Assembly (NCBI RefSeq): GCF_026571515.1
Contig: NW_026854988.1
Coordinates: 372,001 to 436,000 of the forward strand
Direction: 5' to 3'
DNA length: 64,000 nt
Source: Ruditapes philippinarum
Taxonomy: Eukaryota
Position 1 is the first letter of the stretch, and each line of letters starts with the position of its first letter. The notes under the pieces were generated by a model, which was not told the origin of the DNA, did not search any database, and saw only the letters and a program-made list of their open reading frames with translations. Positions 14,363 through 28,200 of the stretch are shown here, piece by piece. The position numbers and the translations under genes are program-made.

Positions 14363-15388
14363 ATGATGGAAGGTTACTGGTCTTTAAACGGCAGTGTCAA
14401 TTTAAGTTTGAATTCAATGCACGAACAAGATAGGAATTCGTCGGGACAATCAACAAAAGATTGGTATGAACTTTATTATGATGAATATAATGAATTAGAC
14501 AATACGTATACTGTTTCTGCAGTGGATGTGATTTCCATTGTTCTTTGTATTTTAGGCATCATTGCAAACATTGTGTCTATTGGTATGGTAATACGATCAC
14601 ATCAGAAGTTATCCACACATTTAAAACTGATCATTAGTTTATGTTGCTCAGACTGTTTAATCCTGATTCCAACTTTTCTCAGCAAAATATTTCTCATGAC
14701 ACATGAGATAAATCTTTGTTTTAATGTTGCTGTAAGACTTGTAACAGACTTGGCACTATTAGCAACATTGTTGAATCTTCTTGCAATCGCAGTGGATCAT
14801 TATCTGGTCATGCTCAGACTCTTTATGCACAAGAAGCAAATGACAAAGACATGCGTCAATGGTGTGTTTGCAGTGTTTGCAATTTGGTTTGTGAGTGTTT
14901 TAGCAATTGCGGTTGAAATTATTATGGGTATTGTACACCAACGAGAAAAGGAACCTCTGTGTGTCACAATTGCGTATGATAAAGTAAATTCTGAGCTTGG
15001 AATAGTGATTTTCATCTTCATCGTTTTATTGGTGATTTTTGTGCTTTATGGTTGGATCTACATCTGTGTTGTCAGAACAGATCTATACATAGCTAGACGA
15101 GACATGCAAAAGACAATAACATTAACTAGTAACGACACGCGTCGTTACATTTTATCTTCTGGACGCGTTGGAATATTCGTAGTTATACCACAAAATATCA
15201 TGTAATCTGACAATCTAGAGAAAATCGACGAGGTATTTATTATTTGCTGTTAAATCCAGCAGACCCGATCATCATAGTTTCGTCACACAGATACGCAATC
15301 AAATGTTTATATTTGTACCAGAAGAGGCGACGGTCAAACGAACATCACATGACATCGTCGAATTTACCTGATTTAATCCCTCGTTATG
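14363..15388 (+). CDS. Rhodopsin-class (class A) GPCR, copy A; frameshifted after TM5 (pseudogene or consensus error)
   Basis: N-glycosylation sequons in N-terminus, TM1 GIIAN, TM2 SLCCSD, TM3 LLAIAVDHY, TM4 W, TM5; close paralog of 48561-49637. First lost base at ~15076, then many small deletions through the TM6/TM7-homologous DNA up to ~15388. Confidence 0.88.
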
Positions 15389-16163
15389 AAAATTTTGTTC
15401 TATTTATTTAATCCACACTATTGCTGTTTATATACTTTTTCATTCAATTTTAAAAGTTTTGCAACTAGTTTTGTTTTCATTTCACTTTCAATATCTTTGT
15501 ACAGTAATTATTGCTTTGTTTAATATTCTCATAATAGCTTTAATTTACGTTTGTACATTATTTCATTATTATCTTTGTATCTTTAATAGGAAAAGAATTA
15601 CCTTCAAGAACAGTCTTTTACATTTTGAATATGTTTTAAGTATAGTTGATAATGTTAATAATTAAAACATTTTCTAACACTTTTCATCTATCTTATAGCA
15701 AATCGTTGTCATATCATTGTCATATGTACAAATATTTTATAAGATATGTAAGTAACGTTTTCTTTTGTAAATAGCTTTAGTAACTGGTATTGTAAACTTG
15801 AATGTATATTTGAATATACTTTTTATGATTGCATACATAAGATTATGAATTGCTTATAAATATATTCATATGCATATACACTTTTAAGGATGTCAGGTCC
15901 GGATGCGTACGTCTAGGAATCAGCCTTTAGGTATTTGTTTCTATTTTGTTCAGGAGATATAAAACATTTATAATTCAAATATTAATACATTTCATTGCCC
16001 ATTTGAGACGTTTATTTTTCAGTGTCATACTCCCTTTTTGCATTAAGTAGTAATGTCAATGACATAAGCATATTAAGAATTACTACATTTGCTAGTTGCA
16101 TATAAAATCGTTTGAATAAATAGTTATAAATGGAAGCTATGTACATTTATTACTTCCTGAATA

Positions 16164-16320
16164 AATCCAGTTACCCCTCTGGCGTGGGTTCGATCCCCGG
16201 GAGATGCTTTGGTAGTTTAGCGCGGAGGAAGGTAGTCTAATACTGGTGTAACTCTCCAGGAACGATGGTTAGGAAACTACCCACCTACTGTTGGGAAAAG
16301 GCGTAAAATGAAACAAACAA
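16164..16320 (+). mobile_element. 5'-truncated tRNA-derived SINE
   Basis: B box GGTTCGATCCC, (AAAC)n tail, TSD acttc(c/a)tgaataa at 16152 and 16321; matches 54098-54323; empty site in inverted paralog at ~31165-31200. Confidence 0.9.
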
Positions 16321-19151
16321 ACTTCATGAATAAAACTGTATCCATGTTGTATTGTTGTTATTCACTCTATTATAAGATATGAAAACACCAAGTTGGACAC
16401 TATTGTTAGAATAAAATGTCAGCACAATTTGAAATAAAAAATAAGCGTTATGTCACTTAAATAGCGTCTCTGCTGTAAACTGTCCAACTTTATATATGTT
16501 CATAGGCCTTGCATCTTCAAAAAATGATACCAATACAATAAACGTTCCAATAATACATACCAGTAAGTCAGCAGTAGCTATGTAGTGTCACAAATATGAT
16601 AATATAACGTTTCAAATTGTTCTCCTTTTCTTCGATCGAGTATCATCTTTTACACATCCTTATTATTTGTTTTCCTCGTTTTTTTGTATTGACGATGTTT
16701 TTTATTGTTGGTGGGGGTCTTCTTTTTTATGCATTTTAGTGATTTGTGTTTATAAAGTTAAACTTAACTTAAATACGTTAACGTGTTGACATTAAATGTT
16801 TAGATAATGCCATAACTTTTTATAATATTAGACTAAGGGATTTTTTATGATAAAATACACCTTAGTTTGATACAAAATAAATGTATATGTACGAATTGGA
16901 TTGTGTATCATTATCACTTTCCAGTTTAAAGCATACGTAAAGCATGTGTATATAGATATATTTAAATTGAAAGACGTTTCTTACAAAATTTGCATTGCTG
17001 TAATTACACTTCTGTTTAATCAAAACTGCATATAGGTATATACATGTAACTGAAAAGGTTACGATGTTTTAAATGTTTTTTGTTTTCAATTTTGCTCAAT
17101 CTACATTTAAGCCATTGCTATACAACTGATATAACATACTATATCGCATTATATGAAGCTGAAATGATAACACAATCATTTCAAAATATAACTTCATTTT
17201 GTTTTCACTATCATTTATTCCACGTATAACACCGCTATTAATTTGTTGGAACAGGTAAAAGAACAAAGAGTCACGTTGCACCTCATTTCCCTAATTATTC
17301 AAGATTTTTTTTTCTTAAGCAAACTGTTTTCATGTAGATTCCTATAAAATACTCATTACCATTCCATTCAGAATTACTTATTATTGAAAATAGCATAATA
17401 TTCCCTGCCAATTTGGAACAAAAAGTACCATTTACTGTAATTCAGATAAACGAGTTTCCCACAAACCGATTTAAAAACCACCTGTCGACAAAATCAGCTC
17501 ACATTAAGAGATTTGTTAGATAATATCCTAATTTTCAACTCAGCAGATTTGATGTCTTTCCTACGTAACAAATTTATTAAATAACAACTATTCCTGTATC
17601 GAGTAATTAATGAATCTTTGCTGTTATCTAAATGTTCTTAGTTTTTAAAACCATTGGTAACGCTGAATATAAGCTGACATGCAACAATCCCGTACTAATG
17701 TATATTTAATACTGAAACTGTAACTGTTAGGAATGTTTGAGTATCTCTAATACATCCGAAGTTGTATTATATACGGGATGTTGTATTTGTACAGCTAACC
17801 TGGAGGCATTCAGATTAAAAGAAGCATACATTTAAAAAATCATTCATAACAAAATTCATGTTAAATCGTATACAAATGACAGACAAATTTATATGAAAAT
17901 ATGGACTAAATTGTGTAATTCCATCAAAATTTAATCACTTAATGCCGTCGCCGTAGCCGCCACTACCGCTGCTGATGTTGATGCTTATTCATTTTGTAAG
18001 ACGTAAGAAAGACCATTCCGTCATTTTGACTCTTATACAAGTCAAAGAGCTAGTTGTTATACTTGTACGCCGTCTTGGGATAGCAAAATGTATTGATACT
18101 CAAAATAAAATATTACATTGTTCTTATAGAAAATCATTTAGCTGAATAGACAATACGTATTACAGATTCATTAAGTCGGAATGAGAAAATATTATAGACA
18201 TTCATTTAGTCGAATAGATAATATATTTTTGTTGTAAAGAATCCATTAGTTGAAAGCAGAATAAAATGTTATTAAACCTTATTACAATTTTGACAGATAT
18301 CTTATTTACCAGACTTTTAAAATAATCTTGAACATAAGCTATAAAGTTTTCATAAAATTTGATGTTCGCCGAGAGGAATAGATGAATAAATCGTTATCTT
18401 CATAACAAAAACACAACTAAGCACTTCATTTATGTCACGATTTTAAGTTTTTTGCGAATTTTTTGATAAAGCATTAATTCTTGAAAATTTTACAGATGAT
18501 TTTTATTGCTTGATAAAACATCATTGAAGATGTTATCTTCAGCTTTGAAATATTTTATATGTTTCAGATATCCTTATCGCCTAGAAACAGATGAGTTAAA
18601 GCGTGTTTTAATTAGAACTAAGTGATAACACACGAACTTTAAAAAATAGGTTATGCATTTCAGTTTTGTGACCTCTTAAGAACTGCACGTTTAAGTCCTT
18701 AGAAACAAATATCCGTTATCACTAATGTGTATTGGATATCTAAGGCTCATTTAGTAGTTTCCTAGAAACTTTGAAATATTACTTAACTTTCCACTTGTAA
18801 TTTATAGAAATGTAAATATAAGTTACAACAATTCGTGATATAATAATAACGAAAATATCATATTTCATGATCAGGAGTGGAGAGATGGTTTGCCATAATT
18901 GATTTATTCAAAGAGCATAGTGCCGACAAATTTAAGAATTACATCATATTTATCTTAGTTCAATGTACTATGTGCAAAAAAGAATTCAACAAGTCATTTT
19001 AGGCGGGTAGAGCTAGACCAGGTTATGGCAGTATGATTACATTGGTCACTTATAAAAACACAAAACAAAATACATTACTATTTATTTGTTTTTGTACAAA
19101 TATATTTTTGTGACTTTTATAGTGTGCAAAGGAGTACGCATTACATAAATA

Positions 19152-19803
19152 TTTTTATCACATAAACCGCGGCGCAGGAGTGTAATACAGCCATTTATCA
19201 CACACCTGTGCCGATTTTGCGACTCCGTAAAAATGGTATTGCACGGCCGTGCATATATTTTGACGTGACGTCATTAGCGTTATACAAACAAAGACGCGCT
19301 AAATGTTAACGTTATATTATAGGTGCGTCAATGAAAAATGACTCTTATTTCACTTTGAACGGTCTTTACTTTAGGTATGTGATGAATAGAATATTAAATT
19401 CGTGTCAGTTCAATAGTGAATTTCTAGCACTCGTTGAATAAAATAATATTATGCTCGCCAGTATTGAACTTACACTCACTCGATATCCTCTATTTAATAA
19501 AAACGATATTACGCTAGTGTAATTACACTTTGACGTGACGTCATTTGCGCTACATATAAACATAGCTTAAAGCGCGCTAATATTAGAGTTACACTATAGG
19601 CGCGTCATTGAAAAAAAATACTCATTTTAACAGTTTACTGTTCTTTTATATATATATGATAAATAGAATATTATATTAGTGTAGATTCAATACTAAATTT
19701 ATTGAACTCGTTGAATAAAACAATATTATGCTCGCAATATTGATTTTATTCAACTCGTTCAATAAATTTAGTATTTAACTACACTCATTCAATATCCTCT
19801 ATA
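19152..19803. mobile_element. Two related ~300-350 bp non-autonomous elements, one (19194-19493) nested in the other
   Basis: 19152-19193 joined to 19494-19803 reproduces the uninterrupted copy at 43517-43882; both begin TTTATCAC and end ATATCCTCTAT. Confidence 0.8.
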
Positions 19804-22800
19804 AATCTTAAAAATGATTGATATAAATATTTCACTGAAGTAATTAAATGACTGAAACCAATGAAAACAATAACGTACGCACTACATGTTTTGATATTTA
19901 GAAAGTGTTGTTGGTTTGTTTTTTAAAGTACATATCAGAGAAGGCTATTGTTCTGGTCATTTATTTTGGCATTTTGATGTTGTTTCGAATGTGTTAGAGT
20001 GATGTATAATTAGACAAGAACATCGTCCGAATCTTGCACTAGTGTTAGGTCAAAAATACTATCAAAATAGTTTAAAAATCATATCATATGTTCCATTTCC
20101 ATGGCAAATACTTATATATAATTCGTGTATGGAAACTGAGCATTTGAGCGCTACAATAAGACAAACACAAATTAAACCAAAAATAGCTTGCTTTGTGGAG
20201 TATCGTCCAAATCGACCAAAAAATAACAATGATTTAAACACATATCTCTAACCCTGCTTTATATAATACCATCAGTTTGAACATATGTGTTTAATATTTA
20301 ATTCAATATTCGTAAGATTAGTTCTCATAACACGGTTTTATATTGAATTTGTGTATCTAAATCCAATCAGAAATACAATATAATAACTTTGATCAACTTT
20401 TAAATTATTATTTTCCTCTACAAGACACTACTGTAAATCTTATATATAACAGATTATTTGGAACATTCTAAAGACAACTATGCAGTATTTCTTCATAAAA
20501 ATCGTGGAGTTCCTCAAAAAGAAACATAAGTAAGATTTCATACATAATATATGGAGCTGAATGTTTTATAAGCAATCAGAATTGTACTGAGACTGTTTAT
20601 TACTTTGAAATAATTTTGTTCTTGTTGTTGTTGTTGCTGGTGCTGAGTTTCCATTATCTGTGTGTGATGTTTTGTAATACATGAGAGATTCGTGTTGACA
20701 ACACATTATGGAACTGAAATAAAATACATTTTAAAAAGACCATTACTCTTTGTAATTATAGTCTAGGGGATAATAAAGTTAGCTTAATGTAAAATAAAAT
20801 TATATGTATGCTTTTGTAATAACTGCTCTCCAGTCAAAAGCACAAAATACAATACAAATACATAAATATATACAAAAAGCAAAAAAGGTTTGATACATAA
20901 TAATATCCGTTTGAAAAGAAAAAGGTCATTCAACTCAATAGTAGTAAAGTGACTTTCTTTCTTTCTCTTGTTTTCTATCTCTTCTAATTTTCTCTTATTG
21001 TTTCTCCTTCAATGCGCATGTCTTAATCATTAAATTTTCTCAACATATTAGTTTAATAGACCAACCACTAAACTAAGTAAAATATCCCTTTAAAAATGAA
21101 CTCATACTCGTGCTTATACCTCTAATCTAACAGTAATGTATCTTAAATTTAGTTCATGAATACTTGGCATAAACATAGTATGTATAGTAAGAAAGCAAGA
21201 ACAAGTCGATATGATATGTATAGCTTAGTTTAGATATTTTTACTTTGTTACAATTTATTTGAAATTTGATAAATACTGATTACGGAGATAGTTTTCAAAA
21301 AAGCTTAACAAGCTTCTTACTCAATCCGTAAATTGTATTTTATGTACTTTATTATGTAAATATGTGGATTATAAATAAAATATTGTTTTAACTAATAGCA
21401 AATGTGTATCAGCCGCATAAATAAGTATTATGTACATAAATTCTATTTGAACTGTTAATTGAAAAGACTTTTATAACAAACACAAGGCTTTCCCGTCAGT
21501 TCTGTTATATCTAATCGAAACTGAGGATTAGTATATAACTGATAAGGTCTAGATGGACATGTATTTCTTTTAGCATTGTTTAATCTACATTAATGTCATT
21601 TTTATCTTTACTTCATATAACTATTTTATACTACATGAACCTAATATTCGATTTATACCACGAGTTATATATTATATCATTTTTAATGAAATATCTAGAT
21701 CATTTCGGGAAAGGCTACAGAGGTTATCTACAAATTAATATGATAGTTGTTTTTATTTTAAAAATATAAATATGGAATTAAAAAAGTCTTTAAAAAACAC
21801 AGAAAACAGCCAACAAATCATTTCGTTTAGCCGAATAAAATTAAGTCAATGTGCAGCATGGTGGCTGATGTCTTGGATTTAAGTTCACAAATGAAGCCTT
21901 AACGCTGCATCTCATTTTCGAAATCAATTAAGTAAGTTTAATTAAGTAGTTTATTTCTAGCCAAGAGCTTTTATTTAGAAAAGAATCCACGGCTTAATAC
22001 ATGTTAATACTGTTATACAATATCGTGTGCCAATTTGCTTATGATACTTTAAGGATCCCCGGTCAATTTGCGTATGATTTTTAAAGGACATCCACTGAAG
22101 TCAAAAAAAAAAAGTCAAAAGCCTAATAGCCTAAAAACGTTTTAACTCCTAACATAATTCAACTGCAGCACTGAGAAATACAATATAGAAATATACTCAG
22201 AGATAGATTGAATTTCAGTATTTAGTTTGTATCTTTGCCGAATTGTTATAAAAAAAACGTTCATCCTAGGTTATTTTCACAATAAGAATTATAAATACGG
22301 AAACAATATTGAGTAAGTTCTTAATCTAAAACAAATTGCTAGTATAAATCTACATCAAATAATATAAAATTCGTGAACAAGAAGATTCATCATCTCTCAG
22401 GTAAGTGAACTCGTCAAATCATTTACCACAAAACCACCTGCCAATTAAAATATCTGTTTTTAATTCAATTATTCAAATCTATTACATTTTGTATTTACGT
22501 AAGCCTAATAGTTTCGAATGATATAAAGTAAAATAAAGGAAAGCCGTTATAATGCGAATCAAGTCGTAATGGCGCGAATTAAAAGGCGTTTTGAAGCGAA
22601 TAAAGCGTTTAAATAATCTATATATAGTAACAAAATCTAGGATATTTCAAGGTTACTATGACAAGAGTTAGGTCATTATGCAATTTCGGCCACCTTGCTA
22701 CTCGGCATTATTTTAACATGCATTGTTAGTGCCGTTTGCAATGTGTAAATCACAATTTTTTTTTGTTAATTTCGAAATATTTTACTTTTAAATACATTTT

Positions 22801-24673
22801 CAAAAAACATAAACCTGGAGGCATGCTGCTTTAAAAAGGACTTATATTTGTATAAATACCTGTAGGTTTCCCAAAACTGTATGAATTGTTGTTTATGTAA
22901 TATGACTGCTTCAACAATATTTGTTTATTCAATATGGCGATATTAAAATCGTTTCATACATATAGCTAAAACTTGTTTACATGAAAAACGAAACCGTAAT
23001 CAACTTTTGACAAAAATAAACATACTGTATATGTCAGCAGAATCATATTGTAGTTGAAAATACAACAATGTTTTTCATAGCAGCAAAAGAAATGGTGGAT
23101 AAAACTGTTCATTAAACCTCTCTGTCACTGGTTTGTCCTGCTTTGTATACTGAGAAGTCTACTTTTAATACTGGAGAGAAATTCAAGATCAGGGTGCTAA
23201 GAATAAGCATTGAATAGTTCAGACACTGATCGCATGGAAGAGTTTCTGAACTAATGCTATATATATAAACCATGTTAGACAGTTATTCTATAATTTTGAT
23301 GGATCATAATAAATAAGAAACAAAACTTTAGTATACAGACACCTATATTTTAACTATTCATGACATGTACCCAGAAGATTCTGGTTTACCCAACGGCTTA
23401 CAGCGGATCATACAGCATCAAATACACCCAACCCAAAAAGTTTCGGTGTACAAGAAAGCTTTTGATCTCACCAAAAAGCTTCCAAAGTTCCTAACAGCTT
23501 TTGCTACTGCAAGCAATGTCCTTTTGTACCTAACCGTTCCCAAGTTCCTTGTTAGTGTCTGTACAAAGACAGCGCCATGTGTATAATTCAACTTTGGATG
23601 AATCAAAGATTCCCAAACGTTCTAACAGTTCAAGGGTTAAATATCAACTTAACATACATACGGGATTGATGCATGCCAGCTTGTATTCAGCGTTATCAAT
23701 GGTTTTTAAACGAAGAACATCTAGATAACAGCAAATATTAAATAATAACACGTTACTGGAACAGATATTTTTAATAAACTTGCTACGTAAGAAAGATATT
23801 AAATCTTCTGGGCTGTAAACAAGGATATTTTTCAACAATTCTTGTAATGTGAGCTGATTTTGTCGACAGGTGGTTTCCAATCGGTTTGTTGGAAACTGGT
23901 TTATCTGAAATACAGAAAAATTGTTCCAAATTGGCACGGAATATTCTGCTAGTTATAATAAGAAGCAATTATGAATGGAATGGAAATGCGCATTTAATAG
24001 CTATCTACATGAAAGTAGTTTGCTTAAAATAAACATTTTAAATAATTAAGAAAATGAGGTGCAACGTTTACCTGTTTTAACAAATTAACAGCGGTGTTAT
24101 ACGTGGAATAAATTATTTTGCTTTTAATAGTGAAAACAAAAACAAAATGAAATTATACTTTGAAATGATTGTTATCATTTCAGCTTCATATAATGCGATA
24201 TAGTATTTTATATCAGGTGAATAAAAGTGGCTTAAATGTAGATTGCAATATTAAAAACATTTAAAACATATGAACCTTTCAGTTACATGTATATACCTAT
24301 ATGCAGGTTCGATTAAACATTTTTCATTACAGCAATGTAAATTATGTGATTAACGCTTTTAATTTTAAATATAATTGCTACACTTATTTATATACACGTA
24401 TGCTTCAAACTGGAAAGTGATGATGATACACAATCCAATTCGTACATATAATTTTATTTTGTATCAACCTAACCTGTATTATATTAAAAGAAAAATTCCC
24501 CTAGTTTAATATTATAAAAAGTTATGGCCTTATCTGAACATTTAATGCGTTAACGTATTTAAGTTAAGTTTGACTTTATAAACACAAATCAGTATAAAAC
24601 ATAAAAAGAAGACACCCACGAACAATAAAACACATCGTCAATAAAAACAGCCACAAAGCAAACAATAAGTATA

Positions 24674-24700
24674 CTGGGGTCCTACATATTTACCGGACAA
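24674..24700 (+). repeat. Left terminal inverted repeat of pogo element
   Basis: 27 bp, one substitution and one indel versus right TIR. Confidence 0.95.
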
Positions 24701-24924
24701 TCAGTTTACCGGACAAAATTTATTCGTATCAAATAAGCGCTTTATTTTATTATCGATTCTAAAATCATCCGGTCTGGATCACACAGATGCTTTCCGTTTC
24801 CAAGTGAATCACAACAAAACCGCTGTCAGGTAAATAATATTGATTCAATTCTATATTAACTTACATGCCACTTTGTTTACTATGTTATTTCATGACCTTG
24901 TCACGTGGGGGAATGATAATATTA

Positions 24925-24936
24925 TGCGCATGCGCA
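24925..24936. promoter_or_regulatory. NRF1/Ewg-type palindrome TGCGCATGCGCA (with E-box CACGTG at 24902-24907)
   Basis: Exact consensus match ~290 bp upstream of transposase ATG; function inferred. Confidence 0.4.
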
Positions 24937-25222
24937 AATATTGAGGCCCGTATTGTGTTATTTTACATAGGTCATTGCATTATCGTAGCAGACGATATAG
25001 TCATAATGAACATTTTGACAAAAATAGTTGTATTCAAACGAAGTATATTTTGATTTAGTCAGTACAATTTTTCTTCTTTTTTTTTTAAACAAAGAAATGC
25101 ATATTGAAAACTAGATCTATATCATGAAAAAGGGGTACGCCCGATTTTTCAAACCAAGGGAGGAAACTCTTCATGTAACAGTCACACAAATAAAAATGAG
25201 TTGTCTCCCTTTTTCAGGCTTA

Positions 25223-28200
25223 ATGATGACCAAAAGAAAGCAGTATGACGGTGAACAGATGCAAAGGGCTATATCAGCTGTTAAACAGAAAAAAATGAAG
25301 ATAAGATTAGCCGCTAAAGAATTTCAAGTTCCAAAGTCCACTCTGTCGGACAAGTTGAAGGGCAGGTACAAGGGTATGAAACCTGGCCCAAGGACGGAGC
25401 TGACTGATGAGGAGGAGAAAGCGCTTGTCCATTTTCTTCTCTATATGGCCAATCAAGGATTTCCCTTGACAAGATCAATGACAAGATGTTTTATCATTGA
25501 CATCATTAAACAGTCTGGTACGCATTCATTAAAAAAATATCGTCATAAAATGAATCCCCTCTTCAGTATCTTGTAATAAATTTATTTCTAGTTGAAATAA
25601 ACGTAGATAAAATTATCTTTAAAGTCCAAATTATGTAACTTAAAAATTTTATCAACATATTTTGAGTTATATGAGCCGTGTCATGACAAAACCAACATAA
25701 TGGGTTTGCGACCAGCATGGATCCATACCAGCCTGCGCATCCGCGCAGTCTGATCAGGATCCATGCTGTTCGATATCAGTTTCTTTACTTGTTATATGGT
25801 TTGTAAGCGAACAGCATGGATCCTGATCAGACTGCGCGGATGCGCAGGCTGGTCTGGATCCATGCTGGTCGAAAACGCATTACGTTGGTTTTATCATGAC
25901 GCGGCTCATATACTTTTTTTATACAAAAAATAACAAATCAGAAGTTGTCATATTGTTATATCTGTAAAACTTTATTTTAAGGTCGCACAACATCTTTCAA
26001 CATGGAAAAGGGTCCATCTGATGGCTGGTTCCAACGTTTTATGTCGAGACACCCGGATCTTTCTTCAAGGAAGCCGGAAAATTTGGACAAAGGCCGCATG
26101 TCCATGTCAAATTATAAAGTAGTTGGAGACTACTTCGAATTTCTGGACGGAATATTGGGGAAATATGGCATTAAAAACAAGCCTAGCCAGGTACTGATAT
26201 GCGCTTGTTTTGTTTGGTTGTTTGTTTGTTTCATTTTACGTCTTTTCCCAACAGTATTTCAGTCATACAGGCGGGTAGTTTCCTAACCATCGTTCCTGGA
26301 GAGTTACACCAGTACTAGATTTCCTTCCTCCGCGCTAAACTACCAAAGCATCTTCCGGGGATCAAACCCACGCCAGAGAGGTAACTGGATTAGAAGTCAT
26401 CGACTCTAACCCCTAGACCACGGAGGCGGTAACAACATTATGTCTTAAATATGAAAAATAATGAAAAACACAGCATCCTTACAGTTTAATACATAAGACA
26501 ACCAATAATAAGTTTTTTTTCCTAACAATTACTTTTGCATATTTGCAGATCTTCAATTGTGACGAAACCGGGTTCACCGGAAAAGAAATGCCGAGAGCAA
26601 AAGTATTCGGTCCAAAGGGAAAACATGTGTTTCGTCAGAAGATATCGTCCAGTGACCACATCACCGCACACCTGTGTGTGTCTGCAAATGGCAGATTTCT
26701 TCCTTCAATGATAATCTTCCAGGTAAATAACTAAGTTAGTAAGACGGAGATGTAAAAGATTCGTCATTCCAGTTTTCATAAAAGTATTTTAACAAAAGTA
26801 ATTAGATAATTAAGTTTATGAATATCGCCGTGTTGTCATGCTACATTTATGTATTTAATTTTTATACAAAATAGGGATCTTTGCCACACAGAAAGTACAG
26901 TGATGGTGTTCCAGACACATGGTTTTTCAGCCACAGTGATAGTGGTTATATGGACAGAGAGCTGTTCCAGAAATGGTTCAGCAATGTTTTCATACCCCAT
27001 TGCGGAAAAGAGAGGCCGGTTCTCCTCATCATGGACAACCACGATGCACACATAAGCATCCCGCTAATTGAGGAAGCCATTGCAAATGGTGTGGTTCTTG
27101 TGGGACTTCCAGGACATACCACTCATATACTGCAGCCACTTGATGTCAAGGTAACGAATTTACCACTTTAATTATATAAAGTAACAAATATTCCACATTA
27201 AGCCATTTGCGCGTCTAAGACCAAGATTGTCAGTACAAATATGAATAAGTTATAAATCATACATTTATAAAACTGCATCATTTCAAAAATCATTTTAACA
27301 AAAAACATGTACTATAATTGTAGATTATAGGACCATTAAAGGAAAGATATGCGGCTGTCGCTGCCAGTTTGGGACAAACCGGTTCGTCAATGGTAATTGG
27401 AAAAGCAAGGTTCCCATTGGTACTTAAGGTAAAAGAATAATATTAATAACAAATAAAAGATAAATAAGTGATACTACAATAAAAGTTGTACATTTTATTA
27501 AGTCGGACTTTTCCGATACATAATATCTTAACGTTACGATAGGTCCGGTCCGGTAGTAGAATATTGTTTAATAGTCGGTAAGCGAAGTCAAATGTATTGT
27601 TCAAATGCAATAATAATAGCCGTCGAGGTTTTGAATTGAATGCAAAATATTATGTGTCGATTGGACCGCATAAATAAATTGTAGATTATTTTTGATTTTT
27701 TAGCATGCATTAGACAAGGCTACACCTGCATCTATTTCGGATGCCTTTGCAGTGACCGGCATATGCCCTTTCAATCCTGATGCTGTTGACAAGTCACAGT
27801 TGATTGCAGCGTCATTTGAAAAAGGTTTGTGCTTAAGGTTCTAAGTTCTACATGTATATCACCAAAGATAGATATATTTCATTTATGAGCTGTTGTTTGC
27901 ACTTTTAAAGATTATTATAAGTCATAATATACTCCATTGGCATTAATTGAATTTGTGTCATTTATTGTAGACAAGCAACGTACTACGGACAGTGACAAGG
28001 ATGTTGTAACGACGTGTACCACGTGCGGCTCTTACGCGAGAAACCCCCTTGTTGTTCATGGTTTAATTCCCCAGGAGTTGTCTGATATATTAATGCCGCC
28101 ACCAGTTAAACCACAGCCACAGAAGAAAAGTAGGCGGCTAGTAACAGAAGCAAGACTGATAAGTGGTGCAGATATGCTTCAACAACTTAAGGTAAAGTTC

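Noticed and set aside
14800-15021. Antisense ORF (also 48894-49200)
   Set aside because: Shadow of the GPCR coding strand
23365-23606. Overlapping 62-73 aa ORFs in a slightly GC-richer patch
   Set aside because: No recognisable motif or splice context; could be an old TE fragment but unsupported
25124-25222. N-terminal extension of ORF 25124-25576
   Set aside because: Lies upstream of a strong acceptor at 25216-7; probably intronic, with start at 25223
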